From Rhodospirillales bacterium (lineage in GTDB: Bacteria > Pseudomonadota > Alphaproteobacteria > Bin95), in the NCBI GenBank assembly GCA_038143065.1, contig JAYQLI010000035.1, forward strand, positions 2,272,894 to 2,336,893: DNA of 64,000 bases, written 5' to 3'. Both the position numbers and the translations under genes were made by a program. Below the pieces are notes generated by a model, which saw only the letters and a program-made list of their open reading frames with translations, searched no databases and was not told the DNA's origin. Shown piece by piece: positions 1 through 10,594 of this stretch (its first letter is position 1; every line of letters starts with the position of its first letter).

Positions 1-1
1 G

Positions 2-757
2 CAGAAATTCCTTAACTATCGCAGCAAGTTGCCCAATGCTAACTGGAGTGCCGCCTGAATTATATGTTTCGTGTTTTGGTTTGTCAGTTAGTAGAACGCG
101 CGCCATTGCTTCGGCCATATCCTCGACATGGATCACACAACGCATTGTATCGGCATGTGGAAACGTAACAGTGTTTCCTCTCGCTGGCTGGCACATGCAG
201 TTTACATGGTCGATAGAGCCAAATTTTTTATCTGGGCCCGTAACGTTAGCAGGACGAATACAGGTGATTGTCATTCCATAGTTGCGACGATAGTCATGGG
301 CTTGCCACTCGTTGATGGTTTTATTCACCGCATACTGAGTGTCTCCATAGCGCTCATCGTCCTCATTAACCAATCTTTCGCCGAATTTTGATTGTTCGCC
401 AGATACAGCTACCGATGAGGCAAAAACAGTATGTCTGACACCAGTCCGTCGTGCAGCTTCAAAGCAGTTGTCCATCCCTTGGATATCTAGCTTAAATGCA
501 ACGTGGGGCTCGAGCTCACCGATAAAGTAGGAGAGGTTGATAACGCGCTCCGCCTTTGTTTCGATCATGGCGCCAATTACATCATCAAATGCTGTAACGT
601 CACCTCTAATAACTCTGACATTTTCTAGATCATCGAACGCTTCGGCAGCGCGAGTTGTATCGATGTCCATGACAGTCACCTCATGGCCATCTTTGTTTAA
701 AATTGGTACAAGCCGGCGTCCTATAAAACCTGCGCCACCAATTGCTAAAATGGACAT
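2..757 (-). CDS. NAD-dependent epimerase/dehydratase (extended SDR), runs off the window edge
   Basis: Not in the ORF track; manual translation from ATG at 757 gives MSILAIGGAGFIG (GxxGxxG), VFASS, catalytic YAVNK and IHVED. Confidence 0.88.
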   Translation of the reverse strand, partial: MSILAIGGAGFIGRRLVPILNKDGHEVTVMDIDTTRAAEAFDDLENVRVIRGDVTAFDDVIGAMIETKAERVINLSYFIGELEPHVAFKLDIQGMDNCFEAARRTGVRHTVFASSVAVSGEQSKFGERLVNEDDERYGDTQYAVNKTINEWQAHDYRRNYGMTITCIRPANVTGPDKKFGSIDHVNCMCQPARGNTVTFPHADTMRCVIHVEDMAEAMARVLLTDKPKHETYNSGGTPVSIGQLAAIVKEFL

Positions 758-990
758 CTTTCTCGCCTCTCTAAACTAAATTTCCAACAACAAGCCTAAC
801 ACCCCTGGCATCTGTGCAAAATGGGCATTAGCGGCGTTAAGAGAAAAAATTTAGGCATATAAATGCAGAAATGAGGCAGGTTTTGTATCTCTGCGAGGAA
901 AATCTAACAGCGTGTTCGCTAATTGAAATGTCCGACTGCAACAGAAACTCTGAACTTGTTAGACCGGTTTTTACCGCCGGATTCGCAAAC

Positions 991-3926
991 TTAGTTTGCG
1001 GGTCTTACCCTGCATAACAGTGACTTCAGGTTTGTTTGCTCCGATATCGGGCAGCGTTGGGTTTTATCAGTCAGAAAATTCACAGGCCGCCAAGGGTTAA
1101 ATGGTTGGCGCTCACCCCAACCAATAGGCAAAAAGACAGACGTCTTCCGCACTCCAGCTGTTATCCAAGCTCTAGCTTCCACTGACCCGTGAGCCGTTTC
1201 AACATGAACCTTTTGACCGTCACTAATTGAGAGGTCTGCAGCGACTTCTGGGTGTATTTGGCAATATAAATCTGGCCACATTTCTTGCGCCTGCCAAGCA
1301 TAATGCGTCCAGCTGTGAAAATGAGGTGCTGGGGGTCTACCTGTGACTAATTCCATGTTGAAGCCTTCGGCACGAAGTGCAGCTCAGGTCCCTCGGTATA
1401 ATTTTCGATCACACGAGCCCGAGGCGCATAAACACGACCTTTATTGAAGGCATTTTCAACGCCAACTTCTGAGTCATCATCTAAAAGTTCTAAGAAGGGC
1501 AGATCAATAAGTGCTTCTCGTTCCCCATAAAATTTTGGTAATGCAGTCATGCCGTGAACTTGAAACATTGATTCCTGTTTTTCAGTCCAAAATTCGAGTT
1601 TCCCCGATGGAGAGGGGAAGCGATTACCAACACGGGAGCCAACAGCAGTTGTGCCAGGTAGATAAAGAGTTTCTTTTTCCTCGTCTTCTTCAGAGCAGAC
1701 TGGAAATCTAACCCAACGATATGGTTTTTCGTGCAGTCGTTTTTGTGTGACGCCACGCATTTGCTCGGAGTCGATCATTGCCTCGTCCCAAAAACAGGCC
1801 GGGTCCTTCCATCTTTCTTTCAACACATCCTGATAGCCGAACCGTTTCCCAAGCTCGATCCAAATCCAGCCGTCTGGTTTTGCTTGGCCCGGGGGATCAA
1901 TCATTCGATCAATCCAAACGATCCGCCTGTCTTCGCAAGCCCTTCCTATTTCACCCTTTTCAATTCCTGTAGCAGCAGGAAGTACATAATCTGCCCATGC
2001 ACTGGTTTCGTTTGCAAAAATATCAATGTGCACAAGCAGTTCTAATGAAGCGAGTGCCTTCCGGCTTTCAGTCTGATCTGGCCACAGAGCCATTGGATTG
2101 TTGCATGTTATCAATGCCTTGAGTGGGTAAGGAAGGCCTTGGGTCATCGCTGCCGTCCAACCCGTTGGGCTGGTTCGAATGCGAGGGCGAGATATCGGCA
2201 TTCGGCGGTCAACAGGTGCATTAGCTTCTGCTGGCACAGATGCTGACATGTTGAAGTAAGCACCTCCCTTGCGACCCCAGTTTCCTGTGATTGCCGCTAT
2301 AAACATCAGTGCCCGGTTAGACTGCACTGAATTCATGTGCTGATTGATGCCTCGGCTGCCGAAAATTACGCAACCGTCTGCGGTGGCAATCTCTTCTGCC
2401 AGCTTCTTTATATCAGAAACTTTAATATCCGTTATCGGCGCGGCCCACTCCGGTGTATACCCTTGGGAAAAAATAAAATCGCGCCACTTTTCCCAACCTA
2501 TGACCCAGTCTTGGCAAAACTTAGCATCATGTAAATCGTTAGCTAGAATATGGTGGGCTATGGCCAGACTGAGAGCCATATCGCCTCCTGGTCTGATGGC
2601 TAAATGTTTGTCAGCCTTAGATGCTGTTACCGTAAAGCGAGGATCAACAACGACCATCTTAGCGCCTTTTTTGAGGCGCCAATCATTGATCATGCCAAAG
2701 TGAACGGGTCGGGTTTCCGCTTGATTGTCGCCGATGTAGACGTAAAGTTCAGCTGCTCCTAAATCATCCTCTACGTAACTATTGCCGGAGCCACCAACAC
2801 CTTGAACGAGGGTATATGCAATGTTTTTACCGCTTGAGCAGTAAGGTTCTGTTGTTTCAACGTTTGGCGTCCCCCACATTTGCGAGAAGATCCGGATATA
2901 GCCCTTGTTAGTTAATGTTCCTGTTCGTGTTCCTGTGAAAATTCCTAAGGCATCTGGTCCATATTTTTCGCGCACTCCAACCAGTTTGGCGGCAATTTCA
3001 TCTAGTGCTTGGTCCCAGGAGATAGGTTCAAAAACATTCTCTCCACGCGCGCCCACTCTTTTTAATGGAGTTTTTAGCCGATCTTTTGAGCCATAAAGCT
3101 GCAAAGTAAGTTGAGATTTTGGACAAACGCGGCCTTTGAGTTTTGGATCAGCAGGGTTGCCTGTGACTTTAACTAATTTGTTTCCCTTGAAATGGAAATT
3201 TGTTGTGCAAGCATTGAAGCAAATGTTGCAACCACCTGGTTCAATCCGGTCCGCCTCTCTTTCTTCCCGAGGCAGTCCATACGGAAAAGTGGTGACTTCA
3301 TCTTTTTGACTCCAGCCGGAGTCAGTGACTGCTGGGTTAGCCTTATCAGTGCTAGAAAAGTCACTTGCGACTTTTATGAGGCGATCCAAGTATATAGTCG
3401 CTGGACCCAACAACCATGGGTCGTAGTCTATTGATTGTCTGCCTTCTGCCTCAAATTCAGAAATCAGATCATCGCGATCGCCAAAGCGTATTGCGTTGGT
3501 GAGGCAGACCGCCTGACAAGCAGTAGTTAGATCCCCATTTGCGCGACGGTCATGGCACAAGTCGCATTTTACTGCATGGTGTCCCTCAGCATCAAAACCC
3601 ATGGCGCCATATGGACATGCAGCAACACATTCACCACAGCCAACACACCTGTTCTCGAGGACACTTACAACGCCTGTGTTGGGATCCTTAATGATTGCTT
3701 TGGGCTCCACTGGGCAGGCGCGCAGACAGGCTGGTCGTTCACACTGTTGGCAAGCTAATTTTAAAAAATCCAGGGATGCTGATCCATCATTGCTCTGGCC
3801 ACCAAGCCACAGAACGCGATTTCGGCGCTCACCTGGGCCAAGTCCGTGTTCTGCCTTGCAGGCTACTTCGCAACTTTTGCAGCCTGTGCATCGCTCAACA
3901 TCAATTAAAAGTGCAAGTCGGCTCAT
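991..3926 (-). CDS. DMSO-reductase-family molybdopterin oxidoreductase fused to an N-terminal DmsB/NrfC-like 4x[4Fe-4S] domain (frameshift near 1387)
   Basis: N-terminal CTGCKSCEVAC, CQQCERPAC, CVGCGECVAACPY and KCDLC; FS0 motif CNICFNAC...CPK; DRLKTPLKR, VVDPR, ADYVLPA; ORF 991..1356 is the C-terminal dinucleotide-binding domain (IHPEVAADL..DG). Confidence 0.9.
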
Positions 3927-3929
3927 AGA

Positions 3930-4720
3930 TCAGAAATCCAAAGCCAAAAAGTGGAACCAATAAGGTTCACCGCCATTTGCCGCGTACTTTGCGAAGAACA
4001 TGACAATAGCTATATGCAGAAATAGGCCAATAATAAACGCCCAAGCAAGTAATCTGTGTGACAGGCGCCAAAAGATTTGGGCGCGCGCGAGTTTTTCCTT
4101 AGCGCCCGTTAAACCCTCCTCTATTGCCGCTAGCCGGCGGTACCTGAACGCCTTTATGGGGGAGCGCAAGTAATGCTTGATTTTAAGAGAAAACTCAGCC
4201 TCCTGGGCGGAAGCTTCGATACTTTCTAAAAGAAAGCCTTTGCTTTGAATTATTTCATAAAGGCGTTGCCGCTTATCTGGATCTGCCGCTGCGAAGCCGC
4301 CGCGCTTTTCACCGAATGTCATTGACGCTAGCCGAGATCCTTTGGTGCGGCCCCAAAGTCCTAGAATAATAAGCCCCACTATCATCAGAAGCAGAATCGC
4401 AGGGGGCGACTGAGGTTCTGAATACTATGTGACAGGACAAGGGAACTCCCAATACTCGCTAACCAAACATGCAGGCGAAAGCCATATTTGCCTGGACCGC
4501 CAAAGCGTTTTGCTAGGACTGCTACAAAAGATGAAAGTAGCAAAAGAGCTCCAAGCACAGCCGCAGATTGTAGAATTGGGCCGCCAGATTTTCCCCATTC
4601 ATTAGGTAAAGAGGATGTTATGATTGAAAAAAACACGCCACCAATCAGCGACAGTATTACAATCGTTTTTAGTGAGCGGTTAGGTAAATCTAAACTCTTT
4701 TTAGACCCAACAGGTTTCAA
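3930..4720 (-). CDS. Polytopic membrane protein with four transmembrane His residues, possible heme-b anchor (frameshift near 4403)
   Basis: ORFs 4385..4720 and 3930..4385 join if one C is added to a C-run; hydrophobic helices carry FRLHVW, LSHS, WRLSHR and FLHI. Confidence 0.65.
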
Positions 4721-5553
4721 TTTGGTTTGTCGCCTTTAAGGGTAATCCGATGCATCCTTCGACGTTGGCCCTGGTAGTCATTAATCGCGTGATGTTGGGT
4801 GGCGCGATTGTCCCAAACTGCGACAGATCCGGGCTGCCATTGGAAACGGCATGTAAACTCAGGCCGAATTATATGATCGCAAAGCCAATGTATGAGGCCG
4901 CGGCTTTCATCTTCGGTCATACCTTTAAACCGGACAGTGTGAGATCGATTGACGAATAGTGACTTTAGGCCAGTCTCAGGATGTGTGCGCACAACTGGAT
5001 GGTCTGACTCATAGGATTGGGCGGCTGAGTTAAATGTGCCTTTCATCGCATCTAGGCGAGCCATGCCGGCTGCTCGGCCACCTTTGTAACCGTGATCTGA
5101 CGAGTTAATAGCTCTCAAGCCATCCAAGGCTTTTTTTAAACCAACGGATAGAACGTCGTATGCCGCTGCTGTATTGGCAAAGAGAGTGTCGCCCCCAAAT
5201 TCGGGTGTTTCTAGCGCATATAAAACGGTGCCCATCGCGGGTTCAGGCATGTACGAGGTGTCTGAGTGCCAGGACCCACCAAAGTTTTTTGCGTCTGTTT
5301 CGGTTTTGAGAATTTCTGTAACTTCTGGCGTGTCCTCTAAACCTCTTATGAACGGATAAATATCTGGTTCACCAAAAATGCGAGCAAATTCGCTCTGAGA
5401 TTTTGGTGTTAACTTCTGTTCGCGAAAGAAAATAACTTTGTTTTCAAGAAATGCGTCCCGGATTGCAGCCGTCTCACTATTGGTAAGACCATCTGAAATA
5501 CTGATATCTAGAATTTCTGCTCCGAGGGCTCCAGAAATGGGACGAATTCGCAT
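4717..5553 (-). CDS. TauD/TfdA-family Fe(II)/2-oxoglutarate dioxygenase
   Basis: WHSDTSY, GGDTLFA, HPVVRTHPETG, WDNRATQH, terminal R-x-T. Confidence 0.93.
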   Translation of the reverse strand: MRIRPISGALGAEILDISISDGLTNSETAAIRDAFLENKVIFFREQKLTPKSQSEFARIFGEPDIYPFIRGLEDTPEVTEILKTETDAKNFGGSWHSDTSYMPEPAMGTVLYALETPEFGGDTLFANTAAAYDVLSVGLKKALDGLRAINSSDHGYKGGRAAGMARLDAMKGTFNSAAQSYESDHPVVRTHPETGLKSLFVNRSHTVRFKGMTEDESRGLIHWLCDHIIRPEFTCRFQWQPGSVAVWDNRATQHHAINDYQGQRRRMHRITLKGDKPN

Positions 5554-5559
5554 AATCTA

Positions 5560-6105
5560 CTATTCTCCATTTGCTGCCGCGACTGCAGCGATGTTGCGTT
5601 CTATATCATAAGGTCGCGGCGCTAAATCTTCCGCATCCCATTCAGTTCTGTGGACACTAAAAAAATCCCCTCCATAAACATGCAAGGCGCCAGTAAGCTT
5701 GTCTAGCGGATTGGTAACTGAGTGGATGATATCCTTTCCAAGAGGCGACACATCTCCCGGTCCCATAGACTTTGCCCCAGCAGCCTCGATGTCATTCTCT
5801 GCATCTTCTGGTAGTTGTCTCCAAAAAATATTGTTTTCGCGCCCCGTATACAGTCCAATTACCGCCCACATTTCGTGATTGTGTGGCATGATCGACATGT
5901 TCCTACCCCAGACTAGGTTGAGGATTGTCAAATCCGGTGAATTATAGATGGGAAAAGCGCCTGCTTTAGAAGGTTCTCCTAATGCGCGGAGCACTTCATT
6001 TGGCTTGGAGCAGGCTTCCTCCAATAGTGCTTTCACCGACGAATGTGAGGAATCTGATTTTACCGCGCTGCGACATTCTTCAACAAATTTATCTAGGTTA
6101 AACAT
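5560..6105 (-). CDS. Cysteine-dioxygenase-like cupin (thiol dioxygenase family)
   Basis: PHNH...IHSV three-His set plus ALHVY motif. Confidence 0.75.
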   Translation of the reverse strand: MFNLDKFVEECRSAVKSDSSHSSVKALLEEACSKPNEVLRALGEPSKAGAFPIYNSPDLTILNLVWGRNMSIMPHNHEMWAVIGLYTGRENNIFWRQLPEDAENDIEAAGAKSMGPGDVSPLGKDIIHSVTNPLDKLTGALHVYGGDFFSVHRTEWDAEDLAPRPYDIERNIAAVAAANGE

Positions 6106-6172
6106 AAAAATTTTTCCGAATCATTGTCTGATACAGGAAAAATTTCATGCTATAACCGATCAAGTCAAATAA

Positions 6173-6994
6173 TTATCCACTCTTAATCATCTCGTCCCAG
6201 TCATAGAGGCGCGGCTCCTTAGCCAAAAATCTTCGGACGGCTTCATGATGAAAATTTGTTTTGCGCATGGCCTCTTGGGCGGCGCACTCTACGTCGGTCA
6301 TTTCTGCTTGGCTTGAAGAGTGGCTTCGGTGAAACATTGCTTTAGCGAGAGCTTGAGCTTCAGCAGAACCTTTTGCGATATTTTTGGCCATCCAAATAGC
6401 GCGGTTTAGGAGTTCTTCCGGAGAGCATATTTCATTTATCAGGCCTAAATTTTGTGCCTCCTCAACCCCAAAAGATCGTCCGGTATAGGCCAATTCTTTA
6501 GCTCGACGGGCGCCGATAGCCCGAGGCAAGGTGTAGGCAATTGCCATATCTGGGATTAAGCCAATTCTTCCAAACACTAAGCAAAATCGTGCTCGCGGTG
6601 TAGCTAACATAATGTCAGCTGTCATTGCTAAGCTAAAACCACCACCAAAGGCGATACCATCGACAGCTGCAATGGTAGGTTTGGGAAGATTAATCAGTCT
6701 GTAGAGTACCCCAAGTGTTTTGCGAAGGCCCGAATTCCTACTTTCTGCCGGTTTACCATCACTTCCTTGCATACGGGTTACGTCGGCGCCCGAGCAAAAA
6801 TTGCCACCCGCTCCACTAATTACGAGAGCGCGAACGTCATCGTCTTTTTCCACTCTATCAACAAGTTTTGGAAGGTCGTGGTCGAATATCCTCTGACTAA
6901 TGGCATTCATTTTTTGGGGTCTATTCAGAGTAAAGACTGCAATTCCGTCTTTTACTTCAAATAAAGTATCCTGATGCGACGGGTTGAGGGGCAT
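6173..6994 (-). CDS. Enoyl-CoA hydratase/isomerase family protein
   Basis: TLNRPQKMNA, FCSGAD, PTIAAVDGIAFGGG, GLIPD. Confidence 0.93.
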   Translation of the reverse strand: MPLNPSHQDTLFEVKDGIAVFTLNRPQKMNAISQRIFDHDLPKLVDRVEKDDDVRALVISGAGGNFCSGADVTRMQGSDGKPAESRNSGLRKTLGVLYRLINLPKPTIAAVDGIAFGGGFSLAMTADIMLATPRARFCLVFGRIGLIPDMAIAYTLPRAIGARRAKELAYTGRSFGVEEAQNLGLINEICSPEELLNRAIWMAKNIAKGSAEAQALAKAMFHRSHSSSQAEMTDVECAAQEAMRKTNFHHEAVRRFLAKEPRLYDWDEMIKSG

Positions 6995-7137
6995 TTTTAT
7001 TCTCCCATAAAAGCCTTTAAACGCCTAAACGATATCGATAGCAGCGAAAAAGCAAAAGCTTCTCAAGACTGTTTGCTTGGCCAAGGTATCGCCATTGGTG
7101 ATACTCTCATGCCGAATCTACAGGATAAATTTTTATT

Positions 7138-7884
7138 ATGGCCGTTTCATTTGATCTTTCTAATCACACAGCGTTGGTGACTGGTGCCACCGGAGGTATT
7201 GGTGCCTCTATCGCTCGTACTTTGCACGCTGCTGGGGCAAATCTCGTTATTTCTGGTACTCGGCAGGCATCACTCGACAGTTTGCTTGAGGAGCTTGGGG
7301 AGCGCGTTGTCTCGATTCCATGCAATTTGTCTGATGCCAATGCTGTAAACAACTTAATTAAGAGTGCTGAGGAATCGTGTGGGCCAGTCGATATTTTGAT
7401 TAATAACGCAGGAATGACAAAAGATGGTCTGGCCATGCGTATGAACGATGATGACTGGGAGAGTGTATTGGCCGTCGACCTTTCCGCAGCATTTCGCCTT
7501 TCTCGAGCTGCTTTAAGAGCAATGCTTAAGGCGCGATGGGGGCGGATTATCAATATAACTTCTGTCGTTGGTCACACTGGCAATCCTGGACAAGCTAATT
7601 ATGCAGCCGCAAAAGCATGCTTGGGTGTCATGACTCGCTCGCTGGCTGATTAGACAGCTGCTCGAGGGGTCACAGTTAACTGTGTTGCTCCAGGGTTTAT
7701 TCAAACTGCAATGACAGATGCTCTAAACGAAAAACAGAAGGCAGTAATTCTTGAGCACATTCCTGCTGGTAAGATGGGAACGCCGGAAGATGTTGCAGCA
7801 GCCGTGCTATATCTTGCGTCTGACGCAGGGGGATACATTACTGGTCAATCCATCCATGTAAATGGCGGCATGGTAATGTTGTAA
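7138..7884 (+). CDS. fabG: 3-oxoacyl-ACP reductase FabG (in-frame TAG at 7651-7653, probable sequence error)
   Basis: TGATGGIG, NNAG, GNPGQANYAAAK; reading continues in frame past the TAG (RGVTVNCVAPGFI...NGGMVML); directly upstream of acpP. Confidence 0.92.
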
Positions 7885-8042
7885 GGCCCAGCTAAAGGTC
7901 TTGCTTCTTATATTTCTGTTACTAAAGATATCCTTGAAAACCAAAAAACGAGTATTCCATTGCTTTTTTGTAGCTTTAGGCATTGCGAAACTGCTGCGAA
8001 ACCCGTTATTCAGTTAATAACGAAATTCCAAGGAAAACGGGC

Positions 8043-8282
8043 ATGAGTGACACAGCTGATCGCGTAAAGAAGATCGTCGTCGAGCATCTAGGCGTCGAGG
8101 AGAGCAAGGTTACTGAAAACGCTAGCTTTATTGATGATTTGGGCGCTGACAGCCTTGACACTGTTGAGCTGGTAATGGCGTTTGAAGAAGAATTCGGTTG
8201 TGAAATTCCAGATGACGCTGCAGAAAAAATTGTCACTGTTAAGAATGCCATCGATTATATCAGTGAGCACGCTGACAGCTGA
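8043..8282 (+). CDS. acpP: Acyl carrier protein
   Basis: [21 protein letters not shown]. Confidence 0.98.
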   Translation: MSDTADRVKKIVVEHLGVEESKVTENASFIDDLGADSLDTVELVMAFEEEFGCEIPDDAAEKIVTVKNAIDYISEHADS

Positions 8283-8296
8283 CACCTTTTAGGTTT

Positions 8297-8328
8297 GGGG
8301 GGCGCGAAGGCTCTGGCCTCGCTCCCTT
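8297..8328 (+). other. GC-rich imperfect hairpin between acpP and fabF (possible mRNA stabiliser or partial terminator)
   Basis: GGGGGGCGCGAAGGC-TCTG-GCCTCGCTCCCTT, no clear U-tract. Confidence 0.35.
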
Positions 8329-8351
8329 CGCCGGGCGGTTAGGGGGAAGCT

Positions 8352-9608
8352 ATGAAGCGCGTGGGGGTTACGGGTATGGGGCTGGTCACGCCCCTTGGAT
8401 GTGGGCTTGACCTTCCTTGGAAGCGGATGCTCGCGTCTGAATCTGGTATTGTGCCAATTGATAGATTTGATACCTCAGACCTGCCAGCGAAGATTGCTGG
8501 ACAACTCCCCTTGGGCACAGCAGATGGAGAGTTAAATCTCGATGACGTTATGCCAGCAAAGGATCGTCGCAAAGTAGACTCCTTTATCGTTTATGGAGTG
8601 GCGGCTAGCGATATCGCGATTAAAGACTCTGGCTTAGATACGTCAGATTCTGACTTGATGGAGCGCGCTGGAGTAATGATTGGCTCCGGTATCGGCGGCC
8701 TAGATACTATCTACGAGACCTCGGTTACGCTGCATGAACGTGGGCCGAGAAGAGTTTCACCTTTCTTTATACCAGCCAGCCTTATCAACTTGGTTTCTGG
8801 TCAAGTTTCGATCCGTCACGGATTAAAGGGTCCCAATCATGCAGTTGTGACGGCATGTGCTACTGGGTCGCATGCAATTGGTGATGACGCGCGTATGATC
8901 CGCGCTGGTGATGCGGATGTAATGGTAGCTGGGGGAGCCGAGGCAGCTATTTGCCGCCTTGGGATCGCAGGCTTTGCTGCCGCCCGCGCACTCTCGACTG
9001 GCTTCAATGATGAACCAGCCCGAGCTTCTCGCCCATGGGACGTGGATCGTGATGGATTTGTTATGGGTGAAGGCGCCGGCGTTGTAGTCTTAGAGGAATA
9101 TGAGCAGGCAAAGGCGCGCGGTGCCAAGATTTACGCTGAGGTAGTCGGATACGGCATGAGTGGAGACGCTCATCATGTTACCGCTCCAGCCTCAGATGGA
9201 GATGGTGGCTTTCGTGCGATGCGTGCCTGTCTTAAAAGTGCCGGTGTGACTACCGCTGAAATTGATTATATCAATGCTCATGGCACCTCTACCCCTCTGG
9301 GAGATGAGATTGAGCTTGGTGCAGTAAAACGGCTCTTCGGAGCTGATGCGGACAGGCTTACTATGTCTTCAACCAAATCTGCGATCGGTCATCTTCTTGG
9401 TGCCGCAGGGGCTGTAGAAGCTATATTTTCCATCCTTGCAATTAGAGATGGCGTCGCGCCTCCAACACTAAATTTAGACAACCCGTCGGAGGGATGTGAT
9501 TTGGACCTTGCCCCAAAGGAGGCAAAGGAAAGGCCAATCCGTTTTGCGCTCTCAAATTCATTTGGTTTTGGTGGAACCAATGCCTCGGTTCTGTTCAAGG
9601 CGGTTTGA
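8352..9608 (+). CDS. fabF: Beta-ketoacyl-ACP synthase II
   Basis: TACATG, NAHGTST, KSAIGHLLGAAG, SNSFGFGG. Confidence 0.97.
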   Translation: MKRVGVTGMGLVTPLGCGLDLPWKRMLASESGIVPIDRFDTSDLPAKIAGQLPLGTADGELNLDDVMPAKDRRKVDSFIVYGVAASDIAIKDSGLDTSDSDLMERAGVMIGSGIGGLDTIYETSVTLHERGPRRVSPFFIPASLINLVSGQVSIRHGLKGPNHAVVTACATGSHAIGDDARMIRAGDADVMVAGGAEAAICRLGIAGFAAARALSTGFNDEPARASRPWDVDRDGFVMGEGAGVVVLEEYEQAKARGAKIYAEVVGYGMSGDAHHVTAPASDGDGGFRAMRACLKSAGVTTAEIDYINAHGTSTPLGDEIELGAVKRLFGADADRLTMSSTKSAIGHLLGAAGAVEAIFSILAIRDGVAPPTLNLDNPSEGCDLDLAPKEAKERPIRFALSNSFGFGGTNASVLFKAV

Positions 9609-9617
9609 GCTGATTGG

Positions 9618-10594
9618 ATGCGACGAGCAATCTTAGGTCTTGCGCTTTTAGTGCCGGGCCTTATTGCGCTGTCATTTTTTTGCTTCTAAATTCTTTTGAT
9701 AAAGCCGGGCCTTCGCGATCTGAAACATATTTTCTAGTGGAACGAGGTGACTTACCTCTTTCTGTTTCCGATCGTCTCCAGCAAGTTGGTGCTATCAAAA
9801 ATGCGTTTCTATTTCGTGTTTTAATTCGATTAGAAAACAAGGGTCCAGAAATTAAAGCTGGTGAATATGAAGTGCCCGCGGCGGCTTCATATAGTGATAT
9901 TTTGAGACTTTTAACCGATGGTCCAACTGTGGTGCGAAAGCTCACAGTGCCGGAGGGTGTGACCACAGCTGAGATTGTTGCGATTGTTAAGGGTACTGAT
10001 GGTCTTGTTGGTGAAGTGCCTCAGGATCTTGGTGAAGGTACACTCTTACCTGAAACCTACCATTATTCTTGGGGCGACACGCGAGAAGGCTTGATAAGCC
10101 GAATGCGGGACATGATGTCAGATGTTGTCGCTTTAGCAATGGCTTCGAAGAGTGAAAATCATCCCATAGATACTCCAGCTGAACTCATCACCCTTGCCTC
10201 GATAGTTGAGAGGGAAACATCAATTCCATCGGAGCAGCCGCGCGTTGCAGCTGTTTTTGTTAATCGTCTAAAGCGCGGGATGTTGCTGCAATCTGATCCC
10301 ACAGTAATTTATGCGATTACCCGCGGAGAAATGATATTTGAACGACGCTTAACTTATAAGGATCTTAAATACCCTGACCCTTACAATACTTATTTCAAAC
10401 TAGGCCTGCCGCCAGGTCCAATTGCTAATCCAGGAAAATCTTCGCTAATGGCAGCCGCTAATCCTTTAATTACTGACGAGTTATTTTTTGTTGCTGATGG
10501 TTTTGGCGGCCATGTTTTTAGTAAAAGCCTATCAGAGCACAATCGTAATGTTGCAAAATGGCGTCAAATTCAAAGGGAACGTGGGTTGAGATGA
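9618..10594 (+). CDS. mltG: Endolytic transglycosylase MltG (frameshift in the T-run near 9675)
   Basis: LASIVERE, LQSDPT, YNTY..GLPPGPIANP; a signal anchor MRRAILGLALLV starts at 9618 in another frame; conserved position after fabF. Confidence 0.93.

Noticed and set aside
6173-6181. DnaA-box-like TTATCCACT as an origin signal
   Set aside because: Single copy overlapping a stop codon; no cluster of boxes
7651-7653. Stop-codon reassignment or pyrrolysine at the in-frame TAG of fabG
   Set aside because: TAG, TAA and TGA all end intact genes normally in this window; neighbouring fabG codons also deviate from consensus, pointing to a local error patch
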